A stretch of 64,000 nucleotides of DNA from a bacterium (GTDB lineage: Bacteria; Hinthialibacterota; Hinthialibacteria; Hinthialibacterales; Hinthialibacteraceae): NCBI GenBank assembly GCA_963663405.2, contig CAXXSM010000110.1:32001-96000 (forward strand), given 5' to 3'. A program made the translations under genes and the position numbers. This document shows, piece by piece, positions 16,633 through 27,613 of the stretch (position 1 is its first letter; the number at the start of each line of letters is the position of its first letter). The notes below the pieces were generated by a model. The model was not told the DNA's origin. It ran no database searches and worked only from the letters and a program-made list of their open reading frames with translations.

Positions 16633-18810
16633 ATGAAAACAATAAAATCTATCCCTTTCCTTTTGACAATTTGTATCTTGTCAATTACAGAATCTGCTGA
16701 AAAGCAAGAACCATGGTATGAACGCTTACTTATTGGTATGGAGGTTGGCCCAAGTGGTTCACAATTCGGCAGCGATCCGAGTGATGTTGGTTACGCCGTC
16801 AACTTTTCTGGTAAGGATATTGTTCAAACGCTACAGCAAACCGGTTCTCAATATATTGTGATTTGGGGCAAGGATAGTGAGTACGCTTATTACAATTCAA
16901 ATGTCGCTCCACGATGCCCCGGTTTATATGGCCGAGATGTAATTCAGGAAACGATCGACATTGCTAAACCATATAACATACCTGTGATTGTCTATTGTGT
17001 CGTCCAAGGAAATGGTTATCCACTGCGCAATCATCCCGAGTATGATATGAAAGGCATCGATGGCGCCCGTCTTGGGAGAATTTGTTTTAATTCCAATTAT
17101 ATTGAACATGCGAAAGCTGTCTTGAATGAAATGCTCGCATATGATATTGATGGATTGCATATTGACATGCTCGATCAGGGATTCGGCCCACCGTATGGAT
17201 GCTGGTGTGAATCGTGTAAGAAGCTATTTAAAATCGAATATGGGAAAGAAATCCCATCCAGTGTTACTTGGGATGAAGACTGGGATCGGATGTTGGAATT
17301 CCGTTACAATACAAGTGACCGCTTTGAGAAGGAATTATATCGTTATGTCAAATCGATCAAACCCAATGTGACTGTTGATTTTAATTATCATGGTTATCCT
17401 CCCTTCTCTTTTGAATTGGGCCAGCGACCTGTGCAGCATTCGGATAATGGAGATTTTGTAACAGGGGAAACTGGTGTTTGGGGATTCAGCGCTTCAGGCG
17501 TCAGCCAAACAACACGCTTCCTCGCCGCGTCGACACCAGGTCAACGGTATCAAGTCGTGATGCAACGCGGCGTACGGATGTACCACGATCAGACGACACG
17601 TCCTCTTAATGATATGCGTTGGGAGATGTTTACGCTACTAGCGCACGGCGGGCAAGTCACCATGGTCGACAAAACGCCGTATGACGGTTCGCTAGATCGT
17701 GTAGCATATCAACGATTTGAGATACTGTTCAACGAAGCCTTGGCAAAGCGTGAACATTTTGGTCAACCACATTACGCGGAAGTTGGGCTCTATTATTCAC
17801 ACCGGACTCGGGATTGGTACGCGAAGGAAGAAGCCTGGCGCTATCAGCAGAGTTTTAATGGATCTCATGTGGCGTGCGTATACGAGCATATCCCGTATAA
17901 GGTTGTCCTGGATGAAAATCTTGCACTGAATACATTAGAAAAAATATCCACATTGATTCTGCCAAACGCGGCGATTCTTTCCCCACGGGAAATTGCTATC
18001 TTCAAACAATTTGTCAATAACGGCGGTAATCTAATCGTCACTGGCGCAACGGGCATGTATGGTTGGCTAGGACGCCCACAACAAGAAAATTCATTGTCTG
18101 ATTTGATTGGCGCCAAAGCGGTTGAAATACTTCCTTCAATTGACAACCATGTTTGTTTACACAAACTTGATGAGCAAAAAGCGTTATTACTTAAGCAGAT
18201 TCCATTGGATTGGCCATTTCTCGTTAAAGGACCTGCTGTCGCGTATCATCCAACTAAAGCATCAGCCATTGGTGATTTAATGAAACCGCATCGTACCATT
18301 CGACAACAACAAGGCAAAGAAGGAACTGACATGCCCATGTCAGCGGATCGATCCGTTGGCCCAGCCATCCTGATCAACTCCTATGGAAAAGGAAACGTTC
18401 TAACCATTACCTGCTCACCAGGGTATGCCACCGCCAGCGAACATCGCATGACCGAAGATCGCTATTTGTTACGCAACGCCATTCGCTATTTAAATGAAAA
18501 ACCGGAGATTTTGATCGATGCGCCTGTGATTGTTGAAACGGTGACAACAAAGCAAGACAATCGATATCGCATTCATTTTCTTGGGCGCCAAACGCCCGCC
18601 GGCTGGACACCGTCGGTGAATCGCCCCTATGCGCTGCCGACATTGATCGAAGATAAACCATTGTATCGGGCATCTATTGCGTTGAAGAATCCAATCAAGA
18701 ATGCTGCGTGTTACAATGACACAACTGAGTTGAAACAAACATCGGATAAAAGCATCGATCTTTTAATCGATGATATTCATGAAATTGTGATAATAGATAC
18801 TACCCAATAA
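16633..18810 (+). CDS. Secreted glycoside hydrolase (GHL6/GH42-like barrel plus beta-galactosidase trimerisation domain)
   Basis: Signal peptide; ICFNSNY, DIDGLHID, CWCESC, LILPNAAILS..FVNNGGNLIVTG. Confidence 0.75.
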   Translation: MKTIKSIPFLLTICILSITESAEKQEPWYERLLIGMEVGPSGSQFGSDPSDVGYAVNFSGKDIVQTLQQTGSQYIVIWGKDSEYAYYNSNVAPRCPGLYGRDVIQETIDIAKPYNIPVIVYCVVQGNGYPLRNHPEYDMKGIDGARLGRICFNSNYIEHAKAVLNEMLAYDIDGLHIDMLDQGFGPPYGCWCESCKKLFKIEYGKEIPSSVTWDEDWDRMLEFRYNTSDRFEKELYRYVKSIKPNVTVDFNYHGYPPFSFELGQRPVQHSDNGDFVTGETGVWGFSASGVSQTTRFLAASTPGQRYQVVMQRGVRMYHDQTTRPLNDMRWEMFTLLAHGGQVTMVDKTPYDGSLDRVAYQRFEILFNEALAKREHFGQPHYAEVGLYYSHRTRDWYAKEEAWRYQQSFNGSHVACVYEHIPYKVVLDENLALNTLEKISTLILPNAAILSPREIAIFKQFVNNGGNLIVTGATGMYGWLGRPQQENSLSDLIGAKAVEILPSIDNHVCLHKLDEQKALLLKQIPLDWPFLVKGPAVAYHPTKASAIGDLMKPHRTIRQQQGKEGTDMPMSADRSVGPAILINSYGKGNVLTITCSPGYATASEHRMTEDRYLLRNAIRYLNEKPEILIDAPVIVETVTTKQDNRYRIHFLGRQTPAGWTPSVNRPYALPTLIEDKPLYRASIALKNPIKNAACYNDTTELKQTSDKSIDLLIDDIHEIVIIDTTQ

Positions 18811-19267
18811 GCATACATTATAAGAGTCTTGAGGATCAATTAAATTGCTGCATGAATTAAGTCGATAAAGATTCTATTTACGAGAATTTATTGAAAGGGG
18901 AATATCTGATATAAAATCGATAGCGCAAAGCGATTCGTAGCTGTTCGATACCTGTGTATCACCCATATACAATTTACATGCCTTTTGATGGAATTCAGCC
19001 TCCAAACCGGATGGCTGTATTCATAAAACTCATAATTTGCAATCGACTTTTATCTAATCATTCAGATTTCATCTGCGACAAAAACTATTTTTGAGGCTCT
19101 GTGAGAGTAATATCGATCATAGTACAATTAACTCATGGATATACTCTACTCTCCGCGACATGTGTTGATTGAGTTTATTGAGTTTTTAGACGGTACAGTT
19201 CTATCAACTTTTTAATCCTACGGCATTATTACAAGATTTTCTAGAATTCAAAGAAGGAACCAGGACT

Positions 19268-20749
19268 ATGTCTTCCAATATTGTGATAATCGGAGCTGGA
19301 CCAGGTGGTCTCGCGGCCGCAATGCTCTTGAGCAAGGCAGGCGCGCGAGTTAGGGTGTTGGAACGCCAGGATCGCGTAGGTGGGCGGACGTCTACTATGG
19401 AAGCGCTGGGCTTTCGATTCGACCTCGGTCCGACTTTCTTTATGTACCCGCAAATCCTTCAGGAAATCTTTACGGCATGTGGTGAAAGGCTGGAAGACCG
19501 TGTTGAACTTAAACGCCTGGATCCCCACTATCAATTGTTTTTTGAGGACGATGGCTCCTTAATGACGCGTTCAAATCCGGTGGATATGGAAAACGAAGTG
19601 ATCCGCCTGTCCCCAGAGGATGTGGGTGGTTTTCAACGGTTTCTCGAAGATAACCGGAGAAAATTCGCTTCACTCGCTCCGGCGCTCCAGAAACCTTATT
19701 CTTCCATTCTGGACCTGCTAGATCCCAAAATGCTCAAAATGCTCCCCTATTTTAGACCGACGAAAAGCGTGGAAGGGGATTTACGTTCGTTTTTCAAAGA
19801 TGAACGTATGCGGTTGGCCTGCGCATTTCAAAGCAAATATCTAGGGATGTCACCGTTTACCTGTCCAAGCATTTTCACGATCCTTTCCTTTTTTGAATAT
19901 GAGTACGGGATCTATCACCCTATCGGCGGCTGTGGAGCCGTTTCTATGGCTATGGCCAGAATGGCCGAAAAACTAGGCGCTGAAATCCATCTGTCTGAGC
20001 CGGTCATCGGGATACAGTTCAATGGCAAACGGGCTCAGGGAGTGGTCACCCAATCCGGCGTCTATTCCTGTGACGCGCTAGTGATTAACGCCGACTTTTC
20101 CCATGCAATGAAGGAACTTGTTCCCAATACTTTGCGCAAAGGGTGGTCGGACGAGATCTTACGGAAGAAGAAATACTCCTGTTCGACCTTCATGATCTAT
20201 CTGGGTATCAATCGCCAATTCCCTGATTTGCAGCATCACACCATTTTTCTCTCAGAGAATTACCGTGAGAACCTCACCGATATCGAACGGGATCACCATC
20301 TATCGGTCAATCCCTCTTTTTACGTTTGTCATCCCGCCGCGTCCGATTCTAGCATGGCTCCAGAAGGAAAGTCGGCTCTCTACATCCTTGTTCCCGTCAC
20401 CCATCTGCATGAAAATATCGATTGGGAGACCGAGGAGCGGCGTTACCGCGACCTGATATTACGTCAGCTATCGAAGATCGGAATCACCAATCTCGAATCC
20501 GCCATTGAATACGAACGTGTGTTGACTCCTTCCAGGTGGGAATCTGAATATGCGATTCACAAGGGCGCGGTGTTTAACTTAGCCCATTCTTTAGACCAGA
20601 TGTTGTTTCTGCGTCCCCCGAACCGTTTTAAGGAACTGGACGGTGTGTATCTGGTTGGTGGTGGCACACATCCGGGGAGCGGATTGCCGGTCATCTATGA
20701 ATCCGCGCGCATCACCTCCCGTCTGGTCGAAAAGGATTTAGGATTATGA
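19268..20749 (+). CDS. crtN: Phytoene-desaturase-family FAD enzyme, C30 type
   Basis: [52 protein letters not shown]. Confidence 0.8.
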   Translation: MSSNIVIIGAGPGGLAAAMLLSKAGARVRVLERQDRVGGRTSTMEALGFRFDLGPTFFMYPQILQEIFTACGERLEDRVELKRLDPHYQLFFEDDGSLMTRSNPVDMENEVIRLSPEDVGGFQRFLEDNRRKFASLAPALQKPYSSILDLLDPKMLKMLPYFRPTKSVEGDLRSFFKDERMRLACAFQSKYLGMSPFTCPSIFTILSFFEYEYGIYHPIGGCGAVSMAMARMAEKLGAEIHLSEPVIGIQFNGKRAQGVVTQSGVYSCDALVINADFSHAMKELVPNTLRKGWSDEILRKKKYSCSTFMIYLGINRQFPDLQHHTIFLSENYRENLTDIERDHHLSVNPSFYVCHPAASDSSMAPEGKSALYILVPVTHLHENIDWETEERRYRDLILRQLSKIGITNLESAIEYERVLTPSRWESEYAIHKGAVFNLAHSLDQMLFLRPPNRFKELDGVYLVGGGTHPGSGLPVIYESARITSRLVEKDLGL

Positions 20750-21594
20750 AATGGACGCGTGTTTTTAAACTCTTTGAGTGTTTTGGGCCGCTTTCGTTGA
20801 TCTTCCTGGCGATCCTATTCGCCAGCTGCGCGATCCAATCTCCCATTCCCAGTGATCCAACCTGCGCTCCGATAGAGGTTCCGCTACTGACCGCTATCGG
20901 GAATGTACGACATGCGCTTCTGAATTGGGATTTAGAACTTATGAACAAGGTGGCTCAGCAGATTCAATGGGCCAAATCTACGGATGAGACCGAGACTTTC
21001 TATCGGGATTACTGGCGCGGCGTAGCGCTGTTTCATGTGATCCTGGCTCTGCAAGATCCCAACATCAACACAGATAATGCGGACCAGTTTGAAACTGTTG
21101 TCCAGGAAGCGGTAAAGACGCTCAAGGCAGCGGTGGCGCAACGCCCCGAAGACGGTGACAGCCACGCCATGCTCGCTACCCTTTATGGTATCAGAATTAG
21201 CCGGCGGCCATTGACTGCAGTCTGGTTAGGCCCACTCGTTCAGAAGCATCAGAAGGCCGCGAAAATTGCGGAGCCAGACAATCCCCGTGTACGCTACCTT
21301 GAGGGCGCTGGCGCTCTCAACCGGGCTCGCGATTCTCGCGATATTTCCACGGCCTTGGATATATTGCTTCAAGCGGAGCGCCTGTTCGCCGAAGAAGCCT
21401 TTGCTACAAAAACTTCCTGGGATGCGGATTGGGGACGTTCACAGAATCTGATTTTCATCGGCGAAGCGTATGAAAAACTTGACAACTCTGAAGAGGCCAT
21501 GGTTTGGTTTGAACGCGCATTGCGCGCGAATCCCACATCCTCACGCGCTAAAGAAGGATATGAACGATGCCGGAAAAAAATGGAAAACCAGTAA
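20746..21594 (+). CDS. TPR-containing putative lipoprotein
   Basis: LAILFASC lipobox-like; TPR motifs ([26 protein letters not shown]); overlaps both neighbours. Confidence 0.7.
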   Translation: MKWTRVFKLFECFGPLSLIFLAILFASCAIQSPIPSDPTCAPIEVPLLTAIGNVRHALLNWDLELMNKVAQQIQWAKSTDETETFYRDYWRGVALFHVILALQDPNINTDNADQFETVVQEAVKTLKAAVAQRPEDGDSHAMLATLYGIRISRRPLTAVWLGPLVQKHQKAAKIAEPDNPRVRYLEGAGALNRARDSRDISTALDILLQAERLFAEEAFATKTSWDADWGRSQNLIFIGEAYEKLDNSEEAMVWFERALRANPTSSRAKEGYERCRKKMENQ

Positions 21595-23075
21595 TCGTCA
21601 TCGGAGCCGGTCTCGGTGGCATGTCAGCGGCTTTGTCGCTGGCCTTGGAAGGATACGAAGTCACCGTCTTCGAGAAAAACCGCTGTGTCGGTGGAAAACT
21701 GAACGTGCTTTCCGCCGAGGGCTATCAATTCGACCTGGGGCCTTCCATTCTTACCTTGCCGCATATTTTTGCACGCACGTTTGAGCGAGCAGGTAAGCGC
21801 ATCGAAGACTATGTTCCGATGCGCACGGTACGCCCGCACTGGCGCAATTTGTTCGAAGATGGAATGGTGATCGACCTTTACCCGGAACGCGAACGGATGG
21901 ACGCCGAGGCGAGGAAAGCCTGCGAACCGCCGGAGAACGTGCGCGCGTTTCTGGCCTATTCCGAAAAGTTATACGATCTGGTAAATAAAGGTTATTTCGA
22001 GGAAGGACTGGATACCGCCGCTGATTTCCGCAAGTTCTATGGATTGGCAGCATTCCCGCAATTCGATCTTCTCCGCAGTATGCATCAAAGCGTCCGCCGT
22101 CATTTTAAAACCCGTTATTTTATTGATATCTTTGATTTCTTCATTAAGTATGTCGGCTCATCAGCCTATCACGCCCCCGCCTTTATGAATTGTATGCCCA
22201 CCATCCAGTTTCGCTATGATTTGTGGTATGTCATGGGCGGGATGTACCGGTTGGCGCAGGGTCTGGAACGGCTCATGTGTGAACTCGGCATTCGCATTGA
22301 ACTCAATACAGAGGTCCAGAAGTTGATCTTGACAGAGGACCGCCGGAAAGTGCGCGGTGTCCGGTTGGCCGATGGCCGAGAAATAAAGGCGGATACGGTC
22401 GTGTCGAATATGGAGGTCATCCCGGCTTATCGGCGTCTTCTCGGTGAGAACGAAGCGGCGCTGAAGAAAATGCAAAAGTGGCTGGAGCCTGCCTGTTCCG
22501 GCTTGGTCATCGATCTTGGATTGGATTGTAAATACGAAAACTTGGCGCATCACAATTTCTTCTTCTCAGGGGATCAAAAAAAACATTTCCATGATGTGTT
22601 CAAAAAAAGAAAACTCCCCCATGATCCCACCTTGTACGTAGTGGCTGCTTCACGCACAGATCCATCGGTTGCGCCTGAAGGCTGCGATTGCCTCAAGATC
22701 CTCCCCCACATACCATACCTGAATTCGAAGAATCCAGTTTCCCTGGAGGAATACAAAGCCCTCAAAGAACGGATCCTCGATAAGATGGAGCGCATGGGAT
22801 GCCCGGATCTCCGAAAACACATTGTTTACGAACATTTCTGGACACCACGCGACATCGAGAACCAGTATTACTCAAACTGTGGCTCCATCTATGGGGTGGT
22901 CAGCGATCGATTTAAAAACTTGGCCTTCAAGGCTCCTAAAGCCAGCCAGAAGTATCAGGGATTGTTTTTCACCGGTGGATCCGTCAATCCAGGAGGCGGC
23001 ATGCCAATGGTCTTTCTCTGCGGGCAGAACGTGGCGAAAACCATTGTCAAATGGAGACAGGATAAAGACACATGA
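21567..23075 (+). CDS. crtP: 4,4'-diapolycopene/diaponeurosporene oxygenase (CrtP/CrtNb)
   Basis: GGKLN, FDLGPSILT, FFIKYVGSS, LKILPHIP, GGSVNPGGGMPMV. Confidence 0.85.
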   Translation: MPEKNGKPVIVIGAGLGGMSAALSLALEGYEVTVFEKNRCVGGKLNVLSAEGYQFDLGPSILTLPHIFARTFERAGKRIEDYVPMRTVRPHWRNLFEDGMVIDLYPERERMDAEARKACEPPENVRAFLAYSEKLYDLVNKGYFEEGLDTAADFRKFYGLAAFPQFDLLRSMHQSVRRHFKTRYFIDIFDFFIKYVGSSAYHAPAFMNCMPTIQFRYDLWYVMGGMYRLAQGLERLMCELGIRIELNTEVQKLILTEDRRKVRGVRLADGREIKADTVVSNMEVIPAYRRLLGENEAALKKMQKWLEPACSGLVIDLGLDCKYENLAHHNFFFSGDQKKHFHDVFKKRKLPHDPTLYVVAASRTDPSVAPEGCDCLKILPHIPYLNSKNPVSLEEYKALKERILDKMERMGCPDLRKHIVYEHFWTPRDIENQYYSNCGSIYGVVSDRFKNLAFKAPKASQKYQGLFFTGGSVNPGGGMPMVFLCGQNVAKTIVKWRQDKDT

Positions 23076-24175
23076 TTTGGATCATCTTTGCCTTGTGGAC
23101 TCTGGGCTTTGTGTTGTTATGGCGAGTTCCCGTCTGCCCCAGAGGATCAGTGAAGAATACACCGCTTAAAATCTCTCTAATCATCCCCGCGCGTAACGAA
23201 GAACACAATATTAAACGCCTATTGGATTCCATTTCCACCTTGTCGCTGCAGCCCTTCGAAGTGATTGTTGTTGACGACGGCTCTACCGACCGAACGCCGG
23301 AAATCGCGCGCGAATATGGCGCGCTCGTACTTCCCGCTCCACCACTGCCCGATGGCTGGCGAGGCAAAACCTGGGCCTGCTGGAACGGATCTCTGCGCGC
23401 ACAGGGCGAGACCTTTTTGTTTCTGGACGCAGACCTAGTATTGAAGCATGACGCTATTGAACGCATTCATCATGCCTATAATAAGGATGACTGTCGTGTC
23501 CTCTCCCTTGGACCGTACCACGAGGTGGAAAAGCCCTACGAGCAATTTTCCGCAATGTTCAATCTCTTGACCTTTATGGGCATGGGATCGTTTTCGCTGA
23601 CGGGTTCTCCAGACGATCCGCGTGGCTTATTCGGACCTTTCCTTCTCATCGATCGCCATACCTACGAAGCGATCGGTGGGCATAAGGTAGTATGCGCGGA
23701 GATTTTGGAACATATGAGCCTGTGCGCCCTGCTCCGGCAGCGTCGAGTAAAGATGCGATGTCTCGGTGGACAGGGTGTGGTTCACATCCGTATGTATCCG
23801 AATGGGCTGGCTTCCCTGGTGGAAGGTTGGACGAAGGCCTTCGCGTCAGGCGCGTCGAAAACCAGCCCTCTCACACTGGCGCTCTCGGCCGCTTGGATTA
23901 CTGGGGGCATGCTGGCGTTTAGCTTCTCTGTAATGTCACCTATGGTTTCCTCTCTTTCTCCTATGAGCGCGATCACCTACGCAGCCTATGCTGTGAGTCT
24001 ATACTTCATGCTGCGTCCCATCGGGCGATTCCCCATTTGGTCCTGCGCGCTCTACCCATTGTTGATGCTCGTTTTCTTCATCATCTTTGCTCGTTCGGCG
24101 CTGCTTAGACAATCCGGCGGTCAAGTCACCTGGAAAGGGCGTACGATTGACACCTCACGCCGGGAGGATGGTTAG
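23072..24175 (+). CDS. crtQ: GT2 glycosyltransferase, 4,4'-diaponeurosporenoate type
   Basis: IIPARNEE, VVDDGSTD, LPDGWRGKTWAC, FLDAD, RMYPNG..GWTK. Confidence 0.8.
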   Translation: MIWIIFALWTLGFVLLWRVPVCPRGSVKNTPLKISLIIPARNEEHNIKRLLDSISTLSLQPFEVIVVDDGSTDRTPEIAREYGALVLPAPPLPDGWRGKTWACWNGSLRAQGETFLFLDADLVLKHDAIERIHHAYNKDDCRVLSLGPYHEVEKPYEQFSAMFNLLTFMGMGSFSLTGSPDDPRGLFGPFLLIDRHTYEAIGGHKVVCAEILEHMSLCALLRQRRVKMRCLGGQGVVHIRMYPNGLASLVEGWTKAFASGASKTSPLTLALSAAWITGGMLAFSFSVMSPMVSSLSPMSAITYAAYAVSLYFMLRPIGRFPIWSCALYPLLMLVFFIIFARSALLRQSGGQVTWKGRTIDTSRREDG

Positions 24176-24176
24176 T

Positions 24177-24677
24177 ATGACGACCCAAGAGATTACACTG
24201 GCCGCCATTAATGTTCTGGCTTGGCTAGTCATTCACATGGGATTTGCCTGGCTGGGTACAAGGGCGCCGATCGCCTGTTTTAAACCGCGCGCTTGGCTTT
24301 TTCGAACGTATGCTTTTGAACGAAGTGGCAGATTCTACGAGAGTGTGTTTCGTGTAAAAATCTGGAAAGACAAGCTACCCGACGGCGCAGCCTGGTTCAA
24401 ATCCGGTTTTCCCAAAAAAAAACTGGCCCAAGCCGATCCTGTTTACATGAATCGCTTTATAGTGGAAACCTGTCGTGGTGAACTGGTTCACTGGATCGTG
24501 TGTTTGGCTTCGGGATTATTCTTTCTGTGGAACGAAGCTTGGGTGGGTTGGCTCATGGTCGTTTACGGTATTGTGGCCAATTTCCCCTGTATTATTATCC
24601 AACGTTACAACCGCGGCCGTTTGCGGCGCATTGCTCTCAAGCGTACACCCCGGGAGGTTCGGCATGAACACATCTGA
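24177..24677 (+). CDS. crtO: Glycosyl-4,4'-diaponeurosporenoate acyltransferase
   Basis: WKDKLPDG, ETCRGELVHW, NFPCIIIQRYNR; GGAGGA SD. Confidence 0.85.
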   Translation: MTTQEITLAAINVLAWLVIHMGFAWLGTRAPIACFKPRAWLFRTYAFERSGRFYESVFRVKIWKDKLPDGAAWFKSGFPKKKLAQADPVYMNRFIVETCRGELVHWIVCLASGLFFLWNEAWVGWLMVVYGIVANFPCIIIQRYNRGRLRRIALKRTPREVRHEHI

Positions 24678-26064
24678 ACCGAATTTGGAATTTCTACTGA
24701 AAAAACAGAAAGCCTTCGCAGCTGGCCACCCGTTTCCCGATGCTGGCCAACGCCGTCGTCACTTGCTTCGATTGGCCCATGAAATCGAAACTCGGACTTA
24801 TATTCTACTCGACGCGCTGTTTCAAGATCTCGGAAAATGTCCTACTGAGGCATACGCGACCGAAGTTGGTTTCGTCCTTCGTGACATTCGTTTTGCTGTC
24901 AAGAACTTACGAAGATGGATGAAACCCCGCCGTACCCGAACTCCATGGATTGTCTCACCAGGCCGGGCCTGCGTGTGTCCGGAGCCGATCGGTGTGGTTC
25001 TAATTATCGGTCCCTGGAACTATCCCTTCCAACTGCTTATCTCGCCCTTGGTGGCAGCCCTCGCCGCAGGCAATGCGGTCTGTTTGAAACCATCTGAATT
25101 CGCGCCGGCCACCGCTCGGGCGATCCATGACTTGTGCCAGAACATCTTTCCAGAAGAGATGGTTTGCGTTGTGGAGGGAGACCACCGAATCAGCGCAGAA
25201 CTGGTTACGCTGCCTTTCGATCATATCTTCTTCACTGGTTCCACGGAAATAGGGCGTAAGGTCGCTCAATCCGCGTCCAAACACCTGATTCCTGTAACTC
25301 TGGAACTGGGAGGAAAATCTCCCTGTATAGTTTGCGCTGACGCTCCGTTACGGCAAACCGCCCGCCGGATTGTGTGGGGGAAATGCCTCAACGCGGGCCA
25401 GACCTGCGTGGCGCCCGATCACGTGTGGGCTCATCATTCTATCAAGGACGCCTTACTGGAAGAACTCAAGATCGCCGCGCGAGCGATGATTCCGGTTCGC
25501 CCACCCGATCCAAATCCGGGTGATTATGGACGGCTCATCAACGAACGGCATTTTGACCGGCTGGAGAAACTCCTGGATGGCGCCATCATCTATGACGGAG
25601 GTGAACGCGATCGTGAGTCTTTGATTTTTTCCCCGGCCATTCTCACTGAAATCGATTCATGTCACCCGGTGATGCAAGAAGAGATATTCGGCCCTTTACT
25701 TCCCGTCTTACCTTTCCATTCGTTGGACGATCTGATGCAGAATATGCGCGCACTCCCCACTCCCCTCGCGGCCTACTTGTTTACCAGCGACAGGAAGACG
25801 ATGCGTATGTTTCAAGAGCGCGTCACCGCCGGTGGAATTTGCGTCAATGACACCATCAGTCAGGTTTTACCCCCGGATTTGCCATTCGGCGGTGTGGGCG
25901 CGAGCGGTTACGGGAACTATCACGGCCGGGCGGGTTTTGATCGGCTCAGTCATGCGAAATCAGTCCTTCGCCGAGGCTTTTTCCCCGATCTTCCATTTCG
26001 CTATCCTCCATATACGACTAGCCTGGACATAATCAAACGGGTATACAGGTTTTTAGCTGGATAA
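24664..26064 (+). CDS. Aldehyde dehydrogenase (AldH/CrtNc-like)
   Basis: PWNYP, FTGS, LELGGKSP, NAGQTC, EEIFGP; start reset to ATG 24664. Confidence 0.9.
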   Translation: MNTSEPNLEFLLKKQKAFAAGHPFPDAGQRRRHLLRLAHEIETRTYILLDALFQDLGKCPTEAYATEVGFVLRDIRFAVKNLRRWMKPRRTRTPWIVSPGRACVCPEPIGVVLIIGPWNYPFQLLISPLVAALAAGNAVCLKPSEFAPATARAIHDLCQNIFPEEMVCVVEGDHRISAELVTLPFDHIFFTGSTEIGRKVAQSASKHLIPVTLELGGKSPCIVCADAPLRQTARRIVWGKCLNAGQTCVAPDHVWAHHSIKDALLEELKIAARAMIPVRPPDPNPGDYGRLINERHFDRLEKLLDGAIIYDGGERDRESLIFSPAILTEIDSCHPVMQEEIFGPLLPVLPFHSLDDLMQNMRALPTPLAAYLFTSDRKTMRMFQERVTAGGICVNDTISQVLPPDLPFGGVGASGYGNYHGRAGFDRLSHAKSVLRRGFFPDLPFRYPPYTTSLDIIKRVYRFLAG

Positions 26065-26265
26065 AACGTAATTTGATTGAACCTTTTCAGTATAGGTTTC
26101 TCATTCAGAAGATCAGCATGACTTTTTAATATCCTGGATGGTACCGCTTCATCTTTCAAGATTTTCGTTTACTATCCGATTTGGGATGAAGGCAAAGTGT
26201 GGTTTGTTACATGAGACGGCGACAATTTTCTTCATAAAAATCGCTATATATACCTATTGATGTTT

Positions 26266-26874
26266 TCAACCGGCGTTCTTCTCGCTCGTTGTCACCGCTT
26301 TGATCCAATCTATCATGAGTGTAAAGGCTCCTTCTTGTTTCCCGGAAATCATGAAGCCGAGAGACGCCACCTTTTTTGGATCCAACGAAGGAGCTTCCGG
26401 AACGATTCTCCCTCGAAACATGGGAACGAATTCGGTAAATGGAGCGAAAACCGTGTTCCACTGATCTTTTTTAGTTATGAATTCATAATAATAATAAATT
26501 CCATCCCATTGTGTATTGTTTTTAATTGAGAGTTTATAGCGTTTCCCATCTCCCTTGAGGCGAACCGCAATCCCTTGGTAATCACGAAGATCAAACAGAG
26601 CGTCTTGGGAGCGAACCGAGGCGAAACCGCCATTGTTTTCAAGAGAGACGAATCCTTCAAAAATCCCGATCCCTTTTTCATTTGTTTTCATGAAACTTTG
26701 AGAACGTCCACCCATTACCGTGTCGTTGATGATTGCCCACTGTTTGGCTGATTCCTTTTTAGCAAAGTGAAACAGCGTTATTTCTTTTTCTTTGGAAATC
26801 ATGGCGGTGGTACCTCCAAATGCGAGAGTAAAACTCATTATCATCGTTCCTAAAACCACTATTCTTTTTTTCAT
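26266..26874 (-). CDS. CIA30-family protein
   Basis: WAIINDTVMGGRS, SLENNGGFASVR, GDGKRY. Confidence 0.9.
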   Translation of the reverse strand: MKKRIVVLGTMIMSFTLAFGGTTAMISKEKEITLFHFAKKESAKQWAIINDTVMGGRSQSFMKTNEKGIGIFEGFVSLENNGGFASVRSQDALFDLRDYQGIAVRLKGDGKRYKLSIKNNTQWDGIYYYYEFITKKDQWNTVFAPFTEFVPMFRGRIVPEAPSLDPKKVASLGFMISGKQEGAFTLMIDWIKAVTTSEKNAG

Positions 26875-27031
26875 GATTTTTTCCTTTTTCACATCTGAAT
26901 CATTGAACGAATAAACTCAGATACTGTATCGTGAACATAATATTTATATTATTATACTTTTGTGTATCCAGCCAACATCAGATATTTTGTACTATCATTC
27001 ACTTCCTTATCGCGGTCGTTGAAACCGGATG

Positions 27032-27520
27032 TTACGGATTTAGCCTCCAGATCGAAAAATTGAGCGAGGCGGCGTAGCTAACCCAAATGAGATATGGAAC
27101 CAATATTCCTCCGGCCATTCTATGAATCTTCCAAAAGAGAATCATTGTAATCAGTATAGAGATCCACAACAGTATAATTTCTATCAACGCCGCTTCGATA
27201 TTTTTGAGCGTGAAGAACAATCCCGGCCATAAACCATTCAAAAGAAGTTGAATCCCGAAAACAATGAGCGCAGGCTTGATCTTCACGCTTTGGCGTCTGC
27301 GCCATACCAACCACGCCGCCACTCCCATACAGGTATAGAGAAAGGTCCAAACCGGCCCAAACATCCATCCCGGCGGTGTCCAAGACGGCTTCTCAAGTGT
27401 TGTATACCAATTATTGACCGAAACGAAAGTCAATAGTGAAGCAATGACTTGAACGAGAATACAAATCCCTACCCAGAATATAAGTGAGAACCATTGGCTA
27501 GCGAGTATATTTCTATGCAT
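27032..27520 (-). CDS. tspO: TspO/MBR tryptophan-rich sensory protein
   Basis: WYTTLEKPSWTPPGWMFGPVWT, PYLIWVSYAASLN. Confidence 0.95.
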   Translation of the reverse strand: MHRNILASQWFSLIFWVGICILVQVIASLLTFVSVNNWYTTLEKPSWTPPGWMFGPVWTFLYTCMGVAAWLVWRRRQSVKIKPALIVFGIQLLLNGLWPGLFFTLKNIEAALIEIILLWISILITMILFWKIHRMAGGILVPYLIWVSYAASLNFSIWRLNP

Positions 27521-27613
27521 TGGATTCCTTTCATGGGAATACTGCGATCTCTTTTATTGTTATTTTATAAACAATAATGAAGGGGATCAAAACCAGCCCC
27601 TGCAATATCCCAA

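Noticed and set aside
24475-24663. Longer aldehyde dehydrogenase start
   Set aside because: Overlaps crtO; GGGAGG SD supports ATG 24664.
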